Positions 30,488 through 41,617 of a stretch of DNA of 59,070 nucleotides are shown piece after piece. The stretch lies in IMG/VR virus record IMGVR_UViG_3300048086_000027, positions 1 through 59,070 of that record. The stretch is one strand, 5' to 3'. Each line of letters starts with the position of its first letter. The first letter of the stretch is position 1. A program made the position numbers and the translations under genes. The stretch is from a virus (Duplodnaviria > Caudoviricetes). Below the pieces are notes generated by a model, which worked only from the letters and a program-made list of their open reading frames with translations, was not told the origin of the DNA and searched no databases.

Positions 30488-30922
30488 ATGGGACTGGCAA
30501 CCGGAGCGGTACAAGAAGCGTTTATCAGCCGCTATAGAGCCGATACCCCCTTGCAAGGGTTGATTGCTGGGAGCGCGGCGCCAACCTGGAACATTTTTGA
30601 TCAGGGTGCTGTTCCAGTTGGGCAAACATTTCCCTATGTAGAAGTTTTTCCGATCACGACGCAAATCGGTACAGCTTTGAGTATGGGGCAAGATGCTAAT
30701 GATGTTTTTATGCAGATGAGTGTATATACGCGCTATGGTGGCATGAAGCAGGCAAGAGATATTGCCAAACAAATATATGATCTGACTCATCAGTATAAGT
30801 TTTCGCTGAGTGATGGATTTGGCAATGCTCTGACGCTTTTTGAGAATGAGCAAGAGCTGGAACTTCAGGATAGGATTACACAGCAAATTACGCACAGGTA
30901 CAAGCTCATGGTGAGCGGCTAG
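30488..30922 (+). CDS. Tail terminator (DUF3168-like)
   Basis: Synteny; FPYV motif. Confidence 0.7.
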   Translation: MGLATGAVQEAFISRYRADTPLQGLIAGSAAPTWNIFDQGAVPVGQTFPYVEVFPITTQIGTALSMGQDANDVFMQMSVYTRYGGMKQARDIAKQIYDLTHQYKFSLSDGFGNALTLFENEQELELQDRITQQITHRYKLMVSG

Positions 30923-30930
30923 GAGGCACT

Positions 30931-31341
30931 ATGACCACACCAATCGGTGTTGCTGGATATACCGGGTATGTGAAGGTTGGCACTTCAGCCAGCCCAACGA
31001 ATTCACTGGCCCTTGCTAATGACGCAGGTGTGCCAATGACTACGGGCATGTATGACACTACGTCGCTCGGTGGGACTGGTTGGAACACGTTTATTCCAGG
31101 ATTGAGCGGAAGCAAGCCAACCCTCAAGTACGCCTATGATCTGAACGACACGACAGGACAGCTTGTTATCCAGAATGCTTTCATCAACAAGACGTTGCTC
31201 TATTGGATTGTGAGCCCTGACAACACCCATACGGTAAGCTTCACGGCGTATGTTGAGAGCTATCAGCTAGGGGTTCCTGTCAACAATCTTGTCTCTGGAC
31301 AGGTTACGCTTCAGATGACTGGGGCGCCAACCCTTGCGTAA
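30931..31341 (+). CDS. Major tail tube protein
   Basis: DTTSLG...FIPGL...F.AYVESY...TLQMTG.P. Confidence 0.75.
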   Translation: MTTPIGVAGYTGYVKVGTSASPTNSLALANDAGVPMTTGMYDTTSLGGTGWNTFIPGLSGSKPTLKYAYDLNDTTGQLVIQNAFINKTLLYWIVSPDNTHTVSFTAYVESYQLGVPVNNLVSGQVTLQMTGAPTLA

Positions 31342-31356
31342 GTCTGGAGGAATGGT

Positions 31357-32001
31357 ATGACCACACCAATTGGCTTAGCAGGGGTTCAGGGAGACATCTT
31401 AGTAACCTCGCCGCCTTCGGTGACACTCGCTGATGTGTCTTATACCGACTCAGGAGACCATCAGCACTATACGATCAGTGACAGTGCGAAGCGCTATCTT
31501 GACCCGCTCACATCGGTATCAGTTCAGATTAGTACAAATGGCGGCTCTAGCTGGAGTGCCGCGCCAGCCTATACCATCGTGGCTGTTGGTGGTGCGATCA
31601 CCTTTACCAGTGCGAATGCGTCAGGTACGTTGGTCCGCTTGCACAGTGGCAAATACTTCCCATATGCCAGTATTGGCAATACTACAGACTGGCAGTTTGC
31701 GGGAACGAATACCTTTGCTGACAGCACCTCTCACCAGGGAGCGGGCGGATCAACATGGTCAACCTTCTTGCCACTCCTGACTACTGGCAAAATCACCTGT
31801 AAAAAGTGGTGGGTCGATTGGACGCTGGCAAACAATCTGATGAATCGTGACGTCTTAGTTGTTTCCTGTGTAACGCCTGCCAGCCAACGTTATGAAGCCT
31901 TTTGCTATGTGGCTGACAGCAATCTGACATTGCCCGTCAATGCGCTGGTCGGGCAGGATTTAACTTTCCAGATAACCAATCAATTGTACGCTGTTGTGTA
32001 G
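31357..32001 (+). CDS. Second tail-tube-like protein with an inserted domain
   Basis: Shares the MTTPIG start and a similar C-terminal half with the upstream gene. Confidence 0.55.
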   Translation: MTTPIGLAGVQGDILVTSPPSVTLADVSYTDSGDHQHYTISDSAKRYLDPLTSVSVQISTNGGSSWSAAPAYTIVAVGGAITFTSANASGTLVRLHSGKYFPYASIGNTTDWQFAGTNTFADSTSHQGAGGSTWSTFLPLLTTGKITCKKWWVDWTLANNLMNRDVLVVSCVTPASQRYEAFCYVADSNLTLPVNALVGQDLTFQITNQLYAVV

Positions 32002-32013
32002 AAAGAAGCCTTT

Positions 32014-32537
32014 ATGTCCTTATCGAGAGAAGATATCCGCGCGCGGGTGCTGGGCTATGGCAAGAAAAGTATTCCAGTTGAAACTCCGTTCTGGCCTGAT
32101 TTAGATGGGATGTTAGCAGTACGGGAGATGAGTGGTGAGGAGTCGCTAGCCTTTGAAAAAGATTCAGAGAATCCGCTGGTTATTGGGCGTCTTATTGTGT
32201 CCTGTTTGCAAACCAGAGAGACCAGAGAGCAAGTCTTTGCGCTGCGGGAAGCGGAATTTGTGATGCAAGAAGTAGGTATATCCGCGCTGATGCCAGTGCT
32301 GAAAAAGATTGTTGAGGCGTCAGGGCTCAAACGCAAAGACCCAAATGTATCGCAGGTGGATGAAGCGGAAAAAAACTCAGAGGCGACCCAAACGAACGAC
32401 TCTACTACGAATTAGCGTTGGCTTTGGGTCGCACAAAAGGGGAATTACTGGAGAGCATTGGAGCATCGGAACTGCCGTATTGGGCGGCGCTTTTTAAGAT
32501 CAGGGCGCAAGAAGTGAAAGAAGCACATGGCGGATAA
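32014..32537 (+). CDS. Tail assembly chaperone gpG (32014-32415) and gpGT via a -1 frameshift at A AAA AAC (32370-32376)
   Basis: The -1 frame reads LYYELALALGRTKGELLESIGASELPYWAALF to TAA 32537, just before the tape measure gene. Confidence 0.85.
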
Positions 32538-32550
32538 AGGATGAACAGGC

Positions 32551-34800
32551 ATGCCGTTTAATTTAGGCATCATGTCAGTCGGCTTTGAAATGGATCTCTC
32601 TGGTTTAACTAGTGGAGCCACCAAAGCCGAAAGCATTATAGAGGGGCTTTCAAGTATTGGTGAGCAGGCTGGAGCCACACTCACTGAGAGCTTTTCTATG
32701 CCTGAATCCTCCATAGGGGTGCTGGTTGATTCGCTCGATAGGATACGATTGCACCTGAGAACGCTGCTTGATAGTGTAGGCAATCTGACTGCTTCAGTTG
32801 ATGCTGGCTTTGCGCAGATGGCAGAAGAGGCGTCGATTGCCTCTGAAGCCATTGATAGCAGGCTGATGTCTATTCAGGAACATGCGATGAGCGCAGGCAA
32901 TGCGGTACGTGAAGCTGGTTCCATGTCTCATGCTGCTGGCGGTGGCTTCCTCTCAATGGCTGGCAATCTGGGCATGGCTGCAATGGGCTTCCAGATAGTG
33001 ACGCAGATGGCCTTACAAGCGGGTGATGCGCTGCTTTCTCCAGCGGCTTCTGCTGAGCAAACCCAGATGGCTTTTCAGACATTGCTCGGTTCAGCAAAGG
33101 CCGCGAAGCAAGAGATGCAAGATTTGAACGACTTTGCTGCCAAGACCCCATTTCAGACACAGGGTATTGACCAGGCCGCGCAGAAGATGCTGGCCTTCGG
33201 CTTCAATACGAAAGATATCATTCCTGATTTAACAGCTTTCGGAGACGCCCTTGCAGGGTTAGGGAAGACATCAGATGCTGATATGGAGCAGATGGTCGGG
33301 GCACTGGGGAAGATCCAGGCGCAAGGCCACCTCACTGGCGAGAGCATGCAGGAACTTTCTGATCTCGGAATTCCCGTTTGGCAGCTCCTTGCCAAAGAGA
33401 CAGGAAAGTCAACAACAGAACTGCAACGCATGGTGAGTCAGGGAGCAATCCCAGCCAAAGATGCCATAGCGATGCTCGATAAAGGCATTGAGTCCAGCAA
33501 TCTCGGTGGAGGTATGAAGAAACAGGCGGATACGTTTAACGGCACGCTTTCAACAGTTCTGTCGAATGCGAAAATCGCGCTTGCTTCCTTTGGTGGGCCA
33601 CTGCTTGATGGGGCGAAACAAGGATTAAAGAGTCTTGGGGATATGTTTGCCAGCAAGGGTTTTCAGGAATTTGCGACAAAGACAGGCAAACAAATAGCCG
33701 ACATCATGGGCAATCTGGGCAAGTTCTTCTCTAATCCCGCTTTTGCTCAGTTTGGACATCTGCTGGGCGATGTTATTGGCAAGGGTTTTGAGAAGATCAT
33801 GGGGTATCTGTCCTCGCCTGCTTTCGGAAATTTTATGAAGACGGTCGGAGATGGGTTGGTGAAGGTATTTCAGACCCTGTCTCCCTTTGTGCAGAGTGTT
33901 ATTCATGATTTTCAGGAATTTGGCAAGCAGATTGGGCCTGTGCTGACCCCAATTATCCAGGGATTTTTCAAGGCGTTGCAATCGCCCGAATTTCAAGGAT
34001 TTATCAAGCTGATCGGTGAGGGCATCGCAGGCGCTATCCATATTGCTCTGCCCTTGATCGGTGAGATCATCAAGAACGTCGTGAAATTTGGTGAAGAAAT
34101 CGCGGTACGGTTGCAGCCACTGATCGAAAAATTTATGGAGTGGTGGAAGATGGCTTGGCCTGGGATATCTCTGGTATTAAAGGGCGTATTTGATGGGATC
34201 GTTGGGATTGTGAAAATAGCCTGGGCGTTAGTGAGCGGCATTATCAAAATTGGCTTGGATTTACTGAGTGGGAATTGGAAGCAAGCATGGGAAGATTTGA
34301 AAGATATGCTCAAGGGTGTCTGGGATGGGATTCTTGATTTTCTGGGTGGACTGGGTGAAACGATTGTTGGCATTTTGGCTACTGCAGGTGCATCGATTTA
34401 TGACGCGATCAAAAAACCATTTAGTGATGCCTGGGATTTTATCAGCAACTTTTTTGGCAATGTGGGCCAGCTTTTTAATGACTTATTCTCTGGGAATTTC
34501 GGGGCGTTGCAGGGGGATGTGACCAAGCTGGGATTTGCTCCCAAAGGGTTTGCCGGTGGTGTTGAGAACTACGGTGGTGGTCTTGCCAAAGTCCACAAAG
34601 ATGAGTTGATCTATTTGCCACCGCATTCAAGCGTCTACACGGCTACGCAATCAGCAGCGATGCTGCAAGGTGGTGGGAATGGTGAAATCCATCTGCACAA
34701 TCATATCTATCTTGATGGCCAGCCGCTGGCAGCATCGATAATGCCGCACGTGAATCAGATGGCACTCGCGATGCATGGTCCGCGCGCGAGGATTGCCTGA
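32551..34800 (+). CDS. Tape measure protein
   Basis: FAAKTPF tape-measure domain; periodic W/F amphipathic repeats. Confidence 0.92.
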   Translation: MPFNLGIMSVGFEMDLSGLTSGATKAESIIEGLSSIGEQAGATLTESFSMPESSIGVLVDSLDRIRLHLRTLLDSVGNLTASVDAGFAQMAEEASIASEAIDSRLMSIQEHAMSAGNAVREAGSMSHAAGGGFLSMAGNLGMAAMGFQIVTQMALQAGDALLSPAASAEQTQMAFQTLLGSAKAAKQEMQDLNDFAAKTPFQTQGIDQAAQKMLAFGFNTKDIIPDLTAFGDALAGLGKTSDADMEQMVGALGKIQAQGHLTGESMQELSDLGIPVWQLLAKETGKSTTELQRMVSQGAIPAKDAIAMLDKGIESSNLGGGMKKQADTFNGTLSTVLSNAKIALASFGGPLLDGAKQGLKSLGDMFASKGFQEFATKTGKQIADIMGNLGKFFSNPAFAQFGHLLGDVIGKGFEKIMGYLSSPAFGNFMKTVGDGLVKVFQTLSPFVQSVIHDFQEFGKQIGPVLTPIIQGFFKALQSPEFQGFIKLIGEGIAGAIHIALPLIGEIIKNVVKFGEEIAVRLQPLIEKFMEWWKMAWPGISLVLKGVFDGIVGIVKIAWALVSGIIKIGLDLLSGNWKQAWEDLKDMLKGVWDGILDFLGGLGETIVGILATAGASIYDAIKKPFSDAWDFISNFFGNVGQLFNDLFSGNFGALQGDVTKLGFAPKGFAGGVENYGGGLAKVHKDELIYLPPHSSVYTATQSAAMLQGGGNGEIHLHNHIYLDGQPLAASIMPHVNQMALAMHGPRARIA

Positions 34801-37800
34801 TGAGCAAGATTTGTAGCGACACCTTTGCTAGTCGTACTGTCACAGGCGGTTGGGGTACGGCCTCAGATGGGAATACCTGGGCGAAGGCGTATGGGGGTGG
34901 GACACTCTCGGTAGGGAGCGGCGTGGGCAAAGTCACTGGCAATACTGGCATCAACACGATGCTGCTTGGGTCAACCACGGCCACTGATGTTGATATCAAG
35001 GTTCGGTTTAGCGTCACTGCTACCACGAATGTTGCCTCTATCACCTTCCGCTCAGACTCAGGCGCTCAGAATGCCTACAGAGCACGCTATACGGGCACCA
35101 ATTTCTCTTTCACGAAGATTGTGGCTGGCTCAACCAGTAGCTTTGGAGCTGGCGCAACCGTTAGCGTGGCGATCAACACCCTCTATTGGATTCATGTGCA
35201 GACTGCTGGCTCAACGTTACGCGCAAATCTCTGGGCTGATGGAAGTAGTGAACCAGCAGGTTGGCAGCTCAACGTTGGTACAGATACCACCTTTACCGGT
35301 CCCGGTCTTGTTGGCGTCCATGCGCAATGCCATGCGACGACAGACAATGCGCAATTCGATAGTTTCACCGCCAACACCACGACTGATACGCAGGATATTA
35401 TGCTGCGTGCGCGACTTGCACCGGCAACGAGCACAAAAGATATCAACTTGCGAGCACGATTAGCGAGCACCGCTACTAAAGATATCCAGATGCGTGCGCG
35501 TATCTTTGCCCCGACCTCAACCCAAGATATTATGCTCCGTGCAAGGCTCGTTGGCTTTGCCTCAAAAGATATCCAACTCCGAGCGAACATTGAAGAGACG
35601 GTTATTCAGCTTCCGGCGTATGTGGCAAGTTCGCTTTCTATCCAGATTGGTGACTATCCCGCGTTTCAGCCAAAGGAAAACACGTTTTCTTACAGTGAAA
35701 CGAGCGATGGGCGCTCGAGGTGTAGCTTTGTGCTGACTGATGAAACTGGATTGCTGCATTTCCAGTGGCGTTTGCCGGTTGTCGTGACGCACTCAGTTCG
35801 CGGCGAGATTTTCAGGGGTTATCTGAACACTCCAATTGAACAGAACTTACCTCCCAGTGTCACCAATACGCTCCAGTTTGTATGTATCGATGAGCACTGG
35901 TTAGCTGATAAGGCCAGCTATGAAGGGGATGAATTTGCCAATCAATTCGCCGGGGATATTGCAGCATTCTTAGCGAAGGAATTGGCACCAGAGGGCGTGG
36001 TGAGTGGCTACGCGATTGATTATGACACCACGCAGGATGACTTTGTAGAAGGTACACTGGTCAATGTGGTGGCTGCTGAGAACGTAGGCACGACAGCTAT
36101 TGGTAACGGGGATTTAGAATTAGCACCAGCAGGGGAGTCGCTCTCTATTATCGAAACGACCCTGACCGACTTTCAGAGTGGCACGCTGGTTGGGGTGAGC
36201 GCGGGTGGGGATGGGCCAGATGGGGATGGATCGCTTTCACTTAATGACTTCTTTGCGTTGCGATTGTCAGGAACGGCGGCAGTCTCAGGCGGTGGGAATT
36301 TGTACACCTATGTCAAAATCTGGTCTGGGAGTCAGTTAATCGCTGCTGGGGATAACCTCTATTATCAGGTGTGGATCAGTAGCACTAGCCCAGAGTTCAA
36401 AGCGGGCGTTGATTTCGTGTGTACGGATGGCGCCACACTTAGGGACAACCCAAATGCAGGAACTGACTCACAAGGCATTCCACCACACCCCAACCAGGAC
36501 ATCTCAGGACTGGCGAGAGATACCTGGTATGTGCGTGGTACTGGGATGAGTATGGCTGGCAAAACCATTTCATACGTGACACTGGCCTTTGAGGGTGACA
36601 CTACTGGCGATTATACCGCGTATTTCAGGTTTATCTATTTAAGAGACTCCAATAACAATATTAAAGCAACCTTCTTTGATGGTTCAACCTTTGGCAATGG
36701 TTCTCAGATCAATGTTGATCCTCCACAACAAATGCAGAATAACGGGTACAAGGATGTCAGCGTTTTTGTCACTGATGGTTTTGAAAAGACAGGCTATCGG
36801 CTCTCACCTGCCTATGACCTTTCCAGTGTCGGCATTGTGCGCCAATCGCTGATTTCCTGGACGGCAAAGACACCGACTGATAGTACTGGCAATCCGATCA
36901 CTGGCTATGCGGTCACAGTGGAGTCTTCGCTTGATAATGGCGCAACCTGGCAAACCTGCACGAATAATCAATCTATACCGGGGCTCTTGCCTGGCCTTAT
37001 CACTAATGGCAAGAGCCTGCTGCTTAAAGAGACCATTAGCAACTCTACACCTGATCCCACACAAAGCTTGGCACTGAACGAGATCACCGCGTCCTTTGCA
37101 CCCAGTTATGCAGGATCAAAGCAGGATATTATCACGACAACAGCCACCGCTGCCGATTGGCAGTCTGGCACGCTGGATAGCGGGATTGTGTATCTGAACG
37201 GTGCTCTGACGATCAACGGCTATACCAGAAACTGGGATGACGCTATCGAGGATAACCAGACGCTCTACGGTGGCAATGGGCCATTCCAGTTCATCAAAGA
37301 TCAGCAGTTCGGTTTGCAGTCTGGGAATGCAGCTGATGTGCGCAGCAGGCTCGACTTTGCTGGGCAATGGGCGGATTTTATTGCAGAGGTAGACATCGAT
37401 CTCAGCTTTGCCGATGTAGCAGAGAATGTGGGCATTGTGTACCGGTGTACGGCCTGGCAAAACAATAACGATACCTATGCGTATAGTGCCTTCGTGAATG
37501 CCAGTCAAATCATCCTGGCAAAAGGAACCAACAGCGCCAGTGGATCTGGGACATATATAGAGCTTGCCAATGTGAGTCTGACGCTTAGTTCTGGTAATGT
37601 GCATCACTTGACCGTGGTAGCCAGTGGCTCTACGCATGAGGTCTTTTTAGACGACGTACTCTACATCACCGCGACAGACTCCACCTATACAGCCGCTGGC
37701 TATCTCGGCTTGCGCTACTATAATAATGCTGGATCGCTCATTCTCCATACAGCGATTACCGGCGGCGTAGCCATTGGCTCGATTGTCGTCAATGCGGTGC

Positions 37801-40166
37801 CTGTAGATATCCCTAACGCCACTCATCTCACCGTGGACAGTGGAGGCGCACACCCTGAGCAGGTGTATACGTATGGCCCGGTCAGTGCCAGCTCGGGTAA
37901 TGTGACGATCCAGGTGACGACCAATAGCGCTGGCAATGGTGCCGCGCAAGCCAACTGGACTCCTGGATTTTCGCATAGTAGTAGTGTCGTCGTGATTGCG
38001 CCGCTTTCTCGCTCCGTGCTGTTTGACAATTTTGGCGTGGCCCAGATAGTGATTGGCAATCGTACTTCGCCTGCAGTTGATCTTTCGAGTGTTAGCGCAT
38101 TGCAAGATAGTTATATTGGTTGGAATGCAACAGCCCCAGGGAACTCAAAGATTACCGTTGAAACGTCGCTTGACAATGGTACGACATGGCAAGTAGCCAC
38201 CAACGGCGGCCCCATTCCAGGGTGGGAGGATCTTGCCACGGTGCAAGGAAAACCGCTCACTGGCGTGACCTTACAGACGTTGGTGTCACTCTATGCGCCC
38301 TCTGTGTCACAGTTGCCTTCTATCTCAGGGCTGACCACCTGGGTGATTGGACAGCTCAATGCCAGTGGATACAGGATCAGTCCACCGCTCTCTTTAGGGC
38401 CTGTTGGGAGGGTAGGAAGCTCACTCATTGACTGGGATGTGACTATCCCAAATGACGCGACAGGATACGGCATTGATGTGTCACCGGATGGAGTGAACTG
38501 GACGGATGTGACCTCGCTTGGTCCGGGTGGCGGTGGGGCTATTCCGTTCATCAAAAGCCAGGATGATCCACCGTTCATTGCTGATTTCAGCAATGATACG
38601 AGCGTCAACTATACCTCATCGTTTCTCGAAAATCTGGCAGCTGGGGCGCAATCGGCATTTTGGACATCTGACGCTCGCAATAGTCGATTGATTGGAACGA
38701 GCGGAAGTTCTGCTGTTCTTATCTTAAACAGTGTCACGCTCACCGATGGCGAAATCATCATTGATACGGACCAATGCGAGCAAGGTGGAGTGATGTGGGC
38801 GATATCAGCAGATCGAGCCTCCTGCTATGAGCTATGGATCATGGATGGATCAGCCGCCCGCTCGCCTGATAGGATGAAGCTCTTCAAAATTGTGAACGGG
38901 CAGAAGACACAATTGGGATTAGGGGCAGTGCTCGATTTCACGCGGGGGAGGCCACAACGCTTTAAGGTAGTGCAGGTGGGCGGGACTATCACAGTAACGG
39001 TCAGTTTCCCTGTCACGTTGGCTGATGGCTCGCTTGTGGGTGATATCACGCAAACCCAGTCCTATACCGATCCTACCCCCTTGCAAGGGGGATCGGTGGG
39101 GCTGCGTTCAAGTGGCGGCACACAGCACTATAGCCAGTTCAGAGTCATGAACTACGGCGATGATGTGAGTCAAGGTGTGCTGTATACCCGCACGCGACTC
39201 TTCTCAACTGACCCGCTCAATACTCCACAGGTGCAGTCGCTCACAGTGGCGGTACGCAACAACACGATAGGCAATGGCTCTCTGGTGCCTGCTACGACCT
39301 ATAGTACGCTCTCTGGCAGCACGAATACCATAGCACAAGACTTTGATGATCTCGCGCGTTTGTCTGGAAATTATTGGTGGCGTATTCAGAAAGCTGTCCT
39401 CTCTTTCCAGGCTCAGACTGGTGTGCCAGCGCCCTGGATAGCTATTGGGAAAGATATGCTGGTCGGGGGGAGCATCCAGGTCTCGTATGCCAATGACTTG
39501 TATCGGAATCAGGCTATTATCATTGGCGGTACCGATACTCGAACTATTCCAGAAATCAGGATAGCGGACGGGTTCAGAACATCCTTTGATACTGGCTATC
39601 CTATCGAGATTGTCAATTCTATTCTGGTCAATGATCAGCCTGTAAGCTTTGGCCTGCAAGGACTGGATACCGGGAAAAATTGGTATTATCAGCAAGGCCA
39701 ATCAGGGATCACGGCGGATAGTAGCGCGTCACCGCTGCCCAATGGGACAAGGGTAAAGCTCAACTATGAGGGTATAGTAAACGTTATTGCAAAGGCACGC
39801 AATGAGGGCCACATTCAACTTCTCAAGTCTCTGGATAGAACAAGTGGCGTGGTCAGTGTGACTGAGAAGGCTGACGGCTTAAATCAGGCCGCAGCAGAGG
39901 CGCTTGCCCTTGCACGAATCGATCAGTACGCCAAACTGGCCGTTACTATCACCTTTACCACCAACCGCCCTGGGCTGCATATGGGCCAGCTCCTGACGGT
40001 CTATTTCCCGCAGAATGCGTTGAATAATCAAACATTTCTGATTACTCAGGTTGATTATCAGCCTCTGACGGCGGTTATCAATGGGCAAGTGAGTATGCTT
40101 GAATTTTTTAAAGTGCAGGCAACATCGGGTCCGATTGTGGGCTCGTGGATTCATCTCTTTACCTGA
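34800..40166 (+). CDS. Large tail tip / central fibre protein with lectin-like beta-sandwich domains
   Basis: 1788 aa directly after the TMP; repeated SLDNG.TWQ domains; KDIxLRAR repeats. Confidence 0.75.
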   Translation: MSKICSDTFASRTVTGGWGTASDGNTWAKAYGGGTLSVGSGVGKVTGNTGINTMLLGSTTATDVDIKVRFSVTATTNVASITFRSDSGAQNAYRARYTGTNFSFTKIVAGSTSSFGAGATVSVAINTLYWIHVQTAGSTLRANLWADGSSEPAGWQLNVGTDTTFTGPGLVGVHAQCHATTDNAQFDSFTANTTTDTQDIMLRARLAPATSTKDINLRARLASTATKDIQMRARIFAPTSTQDIMLRARLVGFASKDIQLRANIEETVIQLPAYVASSLSIQIGDYPAFQPKENTFSYSETSDGRSRCSFVLTDETGLLHFQWRLPVVVTHSVRGEIFRGYLNTPIEQNLPPSVTNTLQFVCIDEHWLADKASYEGDEFANQFAGDIAAFLAKELAPEGVVSGYAIDYDTTQDDFVEGTLVNVVAAENVGTTAIGNGDLELAPAGESLSIIETTLTDFQSGTLVGVSAGGDGPDGDGSLSLNDFFALRLSGTAAVSGGGNLYTYVKIWSGSQLIAAGDNLYYQVWISSTSPEFKAGVDFVCTDGATLRDNPNAGTDSQGIPPHPNQDISGLARDTWYVRGTGMSMAGKTISYVTLAFEGDTTGDYTAYFRFIYLRDSNNNIKATFFDGSTFGNGSQINVDPPQQMQNNGYKDVSVFVTDGFEKTGYRLSPAYDLSSVGIVRQSLISWTAKTPTDSTGNPITGYAVTVESSLDNGATWQTCTNNQSIPGLLPGLITNGKSLLLKETISNSTPDPTQSLALNEITASFAPSYAGSKQDIITTTATAADWQSGTLDSGIVYLNGALTINGYTRNWDDAIEDNQTLYGGNGPFQFIKDQQFGLQSGNAADVRSRLDFAGQWADFIAEVDIDLSFADVAENVGIVYRCTAWQNNNDTYAYSAFVNASQIILAKGTNSASGSGTYIELANVSLTLSSGNVHHLTVVASGSTHEVFLDDVLYITATDSTYTAAGYLGLRYYNNAGSLILHTAITGGVAIGSIVVNAVPVDIPNATHLTVDSGGAHPEQVYTYGPVSASSGNVTIQVTTNSAGNGAAQANWTPGFSHSSSVVVIAPLSRSVLFDNFGVAQIVIGNRTSPAVDLSSVSALQDSYIGWNATAPGNSKITVETSLDNGTTWQVATNGGPIPGWEDLATVQGKPLTGVTLQTLVSLYAPSVSQLPSISGLTTWVIGQLNASGYRISPPLSLGPVGRVGSSLIDWDVTIPNDATGYGIDVSPDGVNWTDVTSLGPGGGGAIPFIKSQDDPPFIADFSNDTSVNYTSSFLENLAAGAQSAFWTSDARNSRLIGTSGSSAVLILNSVTLTDGEIIIDTDQCEQGGVMWAISADRASCYELWIMDGSAARSPDRMKLFKIVNGQKTQLGLGAVLDFTRGRPQRFKVVQVGGTITVTVSFPVTLADGSLVGDITQTQSYTDPTPLQGGSVGLRSSGGTQHYSQFRVMNYGDDVSQGVLYTRTRLFSTDPLNTPQVQSLTVAVRNNTIGNGSLVPATTYSTLSGSTNTIAQDFDDLARLSGNYWWRIQKAVLSFQAQTGVPAPWIAIGKDMLVGGSIQVSYANDLYRNQAIIIGGTDTRTIPEIRIADGFRTSFDTGYPIEIVNSILVNDQPVSFGLQGLDTGKNWYYQQGQSGITADSSASPLPNGTRVKLNYEGIVNVIAKARNEGHIQLLKSLDRTSGVVSVTEKADGLNQAAAEALALARIDQYAKLAVTITFTTNRPGLHMGQLLTVYFPQNALNNQTFLITQVDYQPLTAVINGQVSMLEFFKVQATSGPIVGSWIHLFT

Positions 40167-40282
40167 GTTGCTTTATCTCCCCTTAGAGATATGGCATAAT
40201 GGAACTAGTCATTCTTGTGCCTTGTGTCGAGCCGATGGGCTACAGTTTATCGGTTGGGCAGAGGGCGATGGGAGCAATTTTT

Positions 40283-41017
40283 ATGGCTGATTTTTCTACC
40301 TTCAATCTTCAGCACAACAAGGGCAGCGACGGCACACCCGATTGGTCAGGAACAGCCGTTGCCTTTGGTGGCACCAGCGGCGCGAATGAGATTCGCTTTG
40401 CCGTCTCCGGTGGCGGAGCAACAACCTCAACCGCTTCAGCATCCTGGCCGCTTGCTACGAAACCATCTTCTGGTACAGCAGTCTTCAACCAGGCATATGC
40501 GTTCACTGGGGATACAACCGGATTTTTGAGCACCTATACCGGCGATAATACGGTTGCTCGCATGTTCCGCTGGAACTGGGGAAGCGTCGGCACGTTTGCG
40601 AGCAGTCCTCAGTTCTCCTGCTTCGACTCCACCAGTCACACCACGCCAGTCCCTGGTACGCAGCCCAGCGTAGTCAATGGATCAAGCGACACCAGCAATA
40701 CCTCCTATATCAAGGGCAATGCGTATGGAAACGGGCTAACAGCGGGCGGGACGCAGCATACACCCTCTGCTGGCTCTGTTGGCAGTAATCCCTCTGCTAC
40801 CACTGGTACTGCTGGCTCTGTCAGCCCCGCATCAACGCCTGCTTGGTTAACAAATTGGCAGGATTTAAGCGGCTGGAACGATTACATCGTTGATGGGGTC
40901 ATTCCGCAAGCAACCACGGCAGGAAACTGGTATATCGCTCTGATCTTTTTCTACGGGGCCAACATCTCAGCTGCGACTTTTACGCCAGTAATGACCATGC
41001 AGTACACATACTCTTAA
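40283..41017 (+). CDS. Tail-region protein, paralog A1
   Basis: Clear similarity to 43577-44595 (MADF.T..LQ, STASASWP, KxNAYG.GLT.GG.Q.TPS). Confidence 0.75.
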   Translation: MADFSTFNLQHNKGSDGTPDWSGTAVAFGGTSGANEIRFAVSGGGATTSTASASWPLATKPSSGTAVFNQAYAFTGDTTGFLSTYTGDNTVARMFRWNWGSVGTFASSPQFSCFDSTSHTTPVPGTQPSVVNGSSDTSNTSYIKGNAYGNGLTAGGTQHTPSAGSVGSNPSATTGTAGSVSPASTPAWLTNWQDLSGWNDYIVDGVIPQATTAGNWYIALIFFYGANISAATFTPVMTMQYTYS

Positions 41018-41041
41018 CTCACGAAAGGCTGGGGGTGTGCG

Positions 41042-41617
41042 ATGCGAGAACAGATTGTCTTTTCCAGGGGTGGCTATCCAATAGGGAACCGCGAGCCAGA
41101 TCGCTCGTATTGGGCAATCAAGCTGAATGATGGAACGTGGCTCTGTGAGTTTGATCCTGTAGGATTGAACTCAACATTAGATTGGACGCTCGATATTGCC
41201 GGTACGAACGACTGGGCAAAGATCACTGAGTTATGGATGATTTGCCCGACAACGCCATTGTCACCAACTGGCAATGCTGCACGATTGCCCATCTCACCTG
41301 CTGGGACGGCGTTCCAACTCAAGGTTGGCATGGTGTTTAGCAACATTGGAGAGTCGGTGAAGAGCTGCAAAGCGCAGATCATTGGGCGGGTTGTGGACTT
41401 CGAGACTGGGGCTGCCGAGTGCTTTGTCTTCGACTACACAGTTCCTGGGCTTATTGCCAACTGGAAAACACATATCGGGCTTCCTGGTCATCCTACAATG
41501 GGGTTATGGCGCCCAAATTTGCCAGATGAGCCGAGCTTTGCGCCTATCGGGCGGTTAAGCTTGCCAGTTCTCGGCATCCATCTACCCACCCTTGCAAGGG
41601 GGTATGCCGATGGCTAA
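41042..41617 (+). CDS. Hypothetical protein, paralog B1
   Basis: SYW...W/TL.E.D...W..D motif shared with 45618 and 49665. Confidence 0.7.
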   Translation: MREQIVFSRGGYPIGNREPDRSYWAIKLNDGTWLCEFDPVGLNSTLDWTLDIAGTNDWAKITELWMICPTTPLSPTGNAARLPISPAGTAFQLKVGMVFSNIGESVKSCKAQIIGRVVDFETGAAECFVFDYTVPGLIANWKTHIGLPGHPTMGLWRPNLPDEPSFAPIGRLSLPVLGIHLPTLARGYADG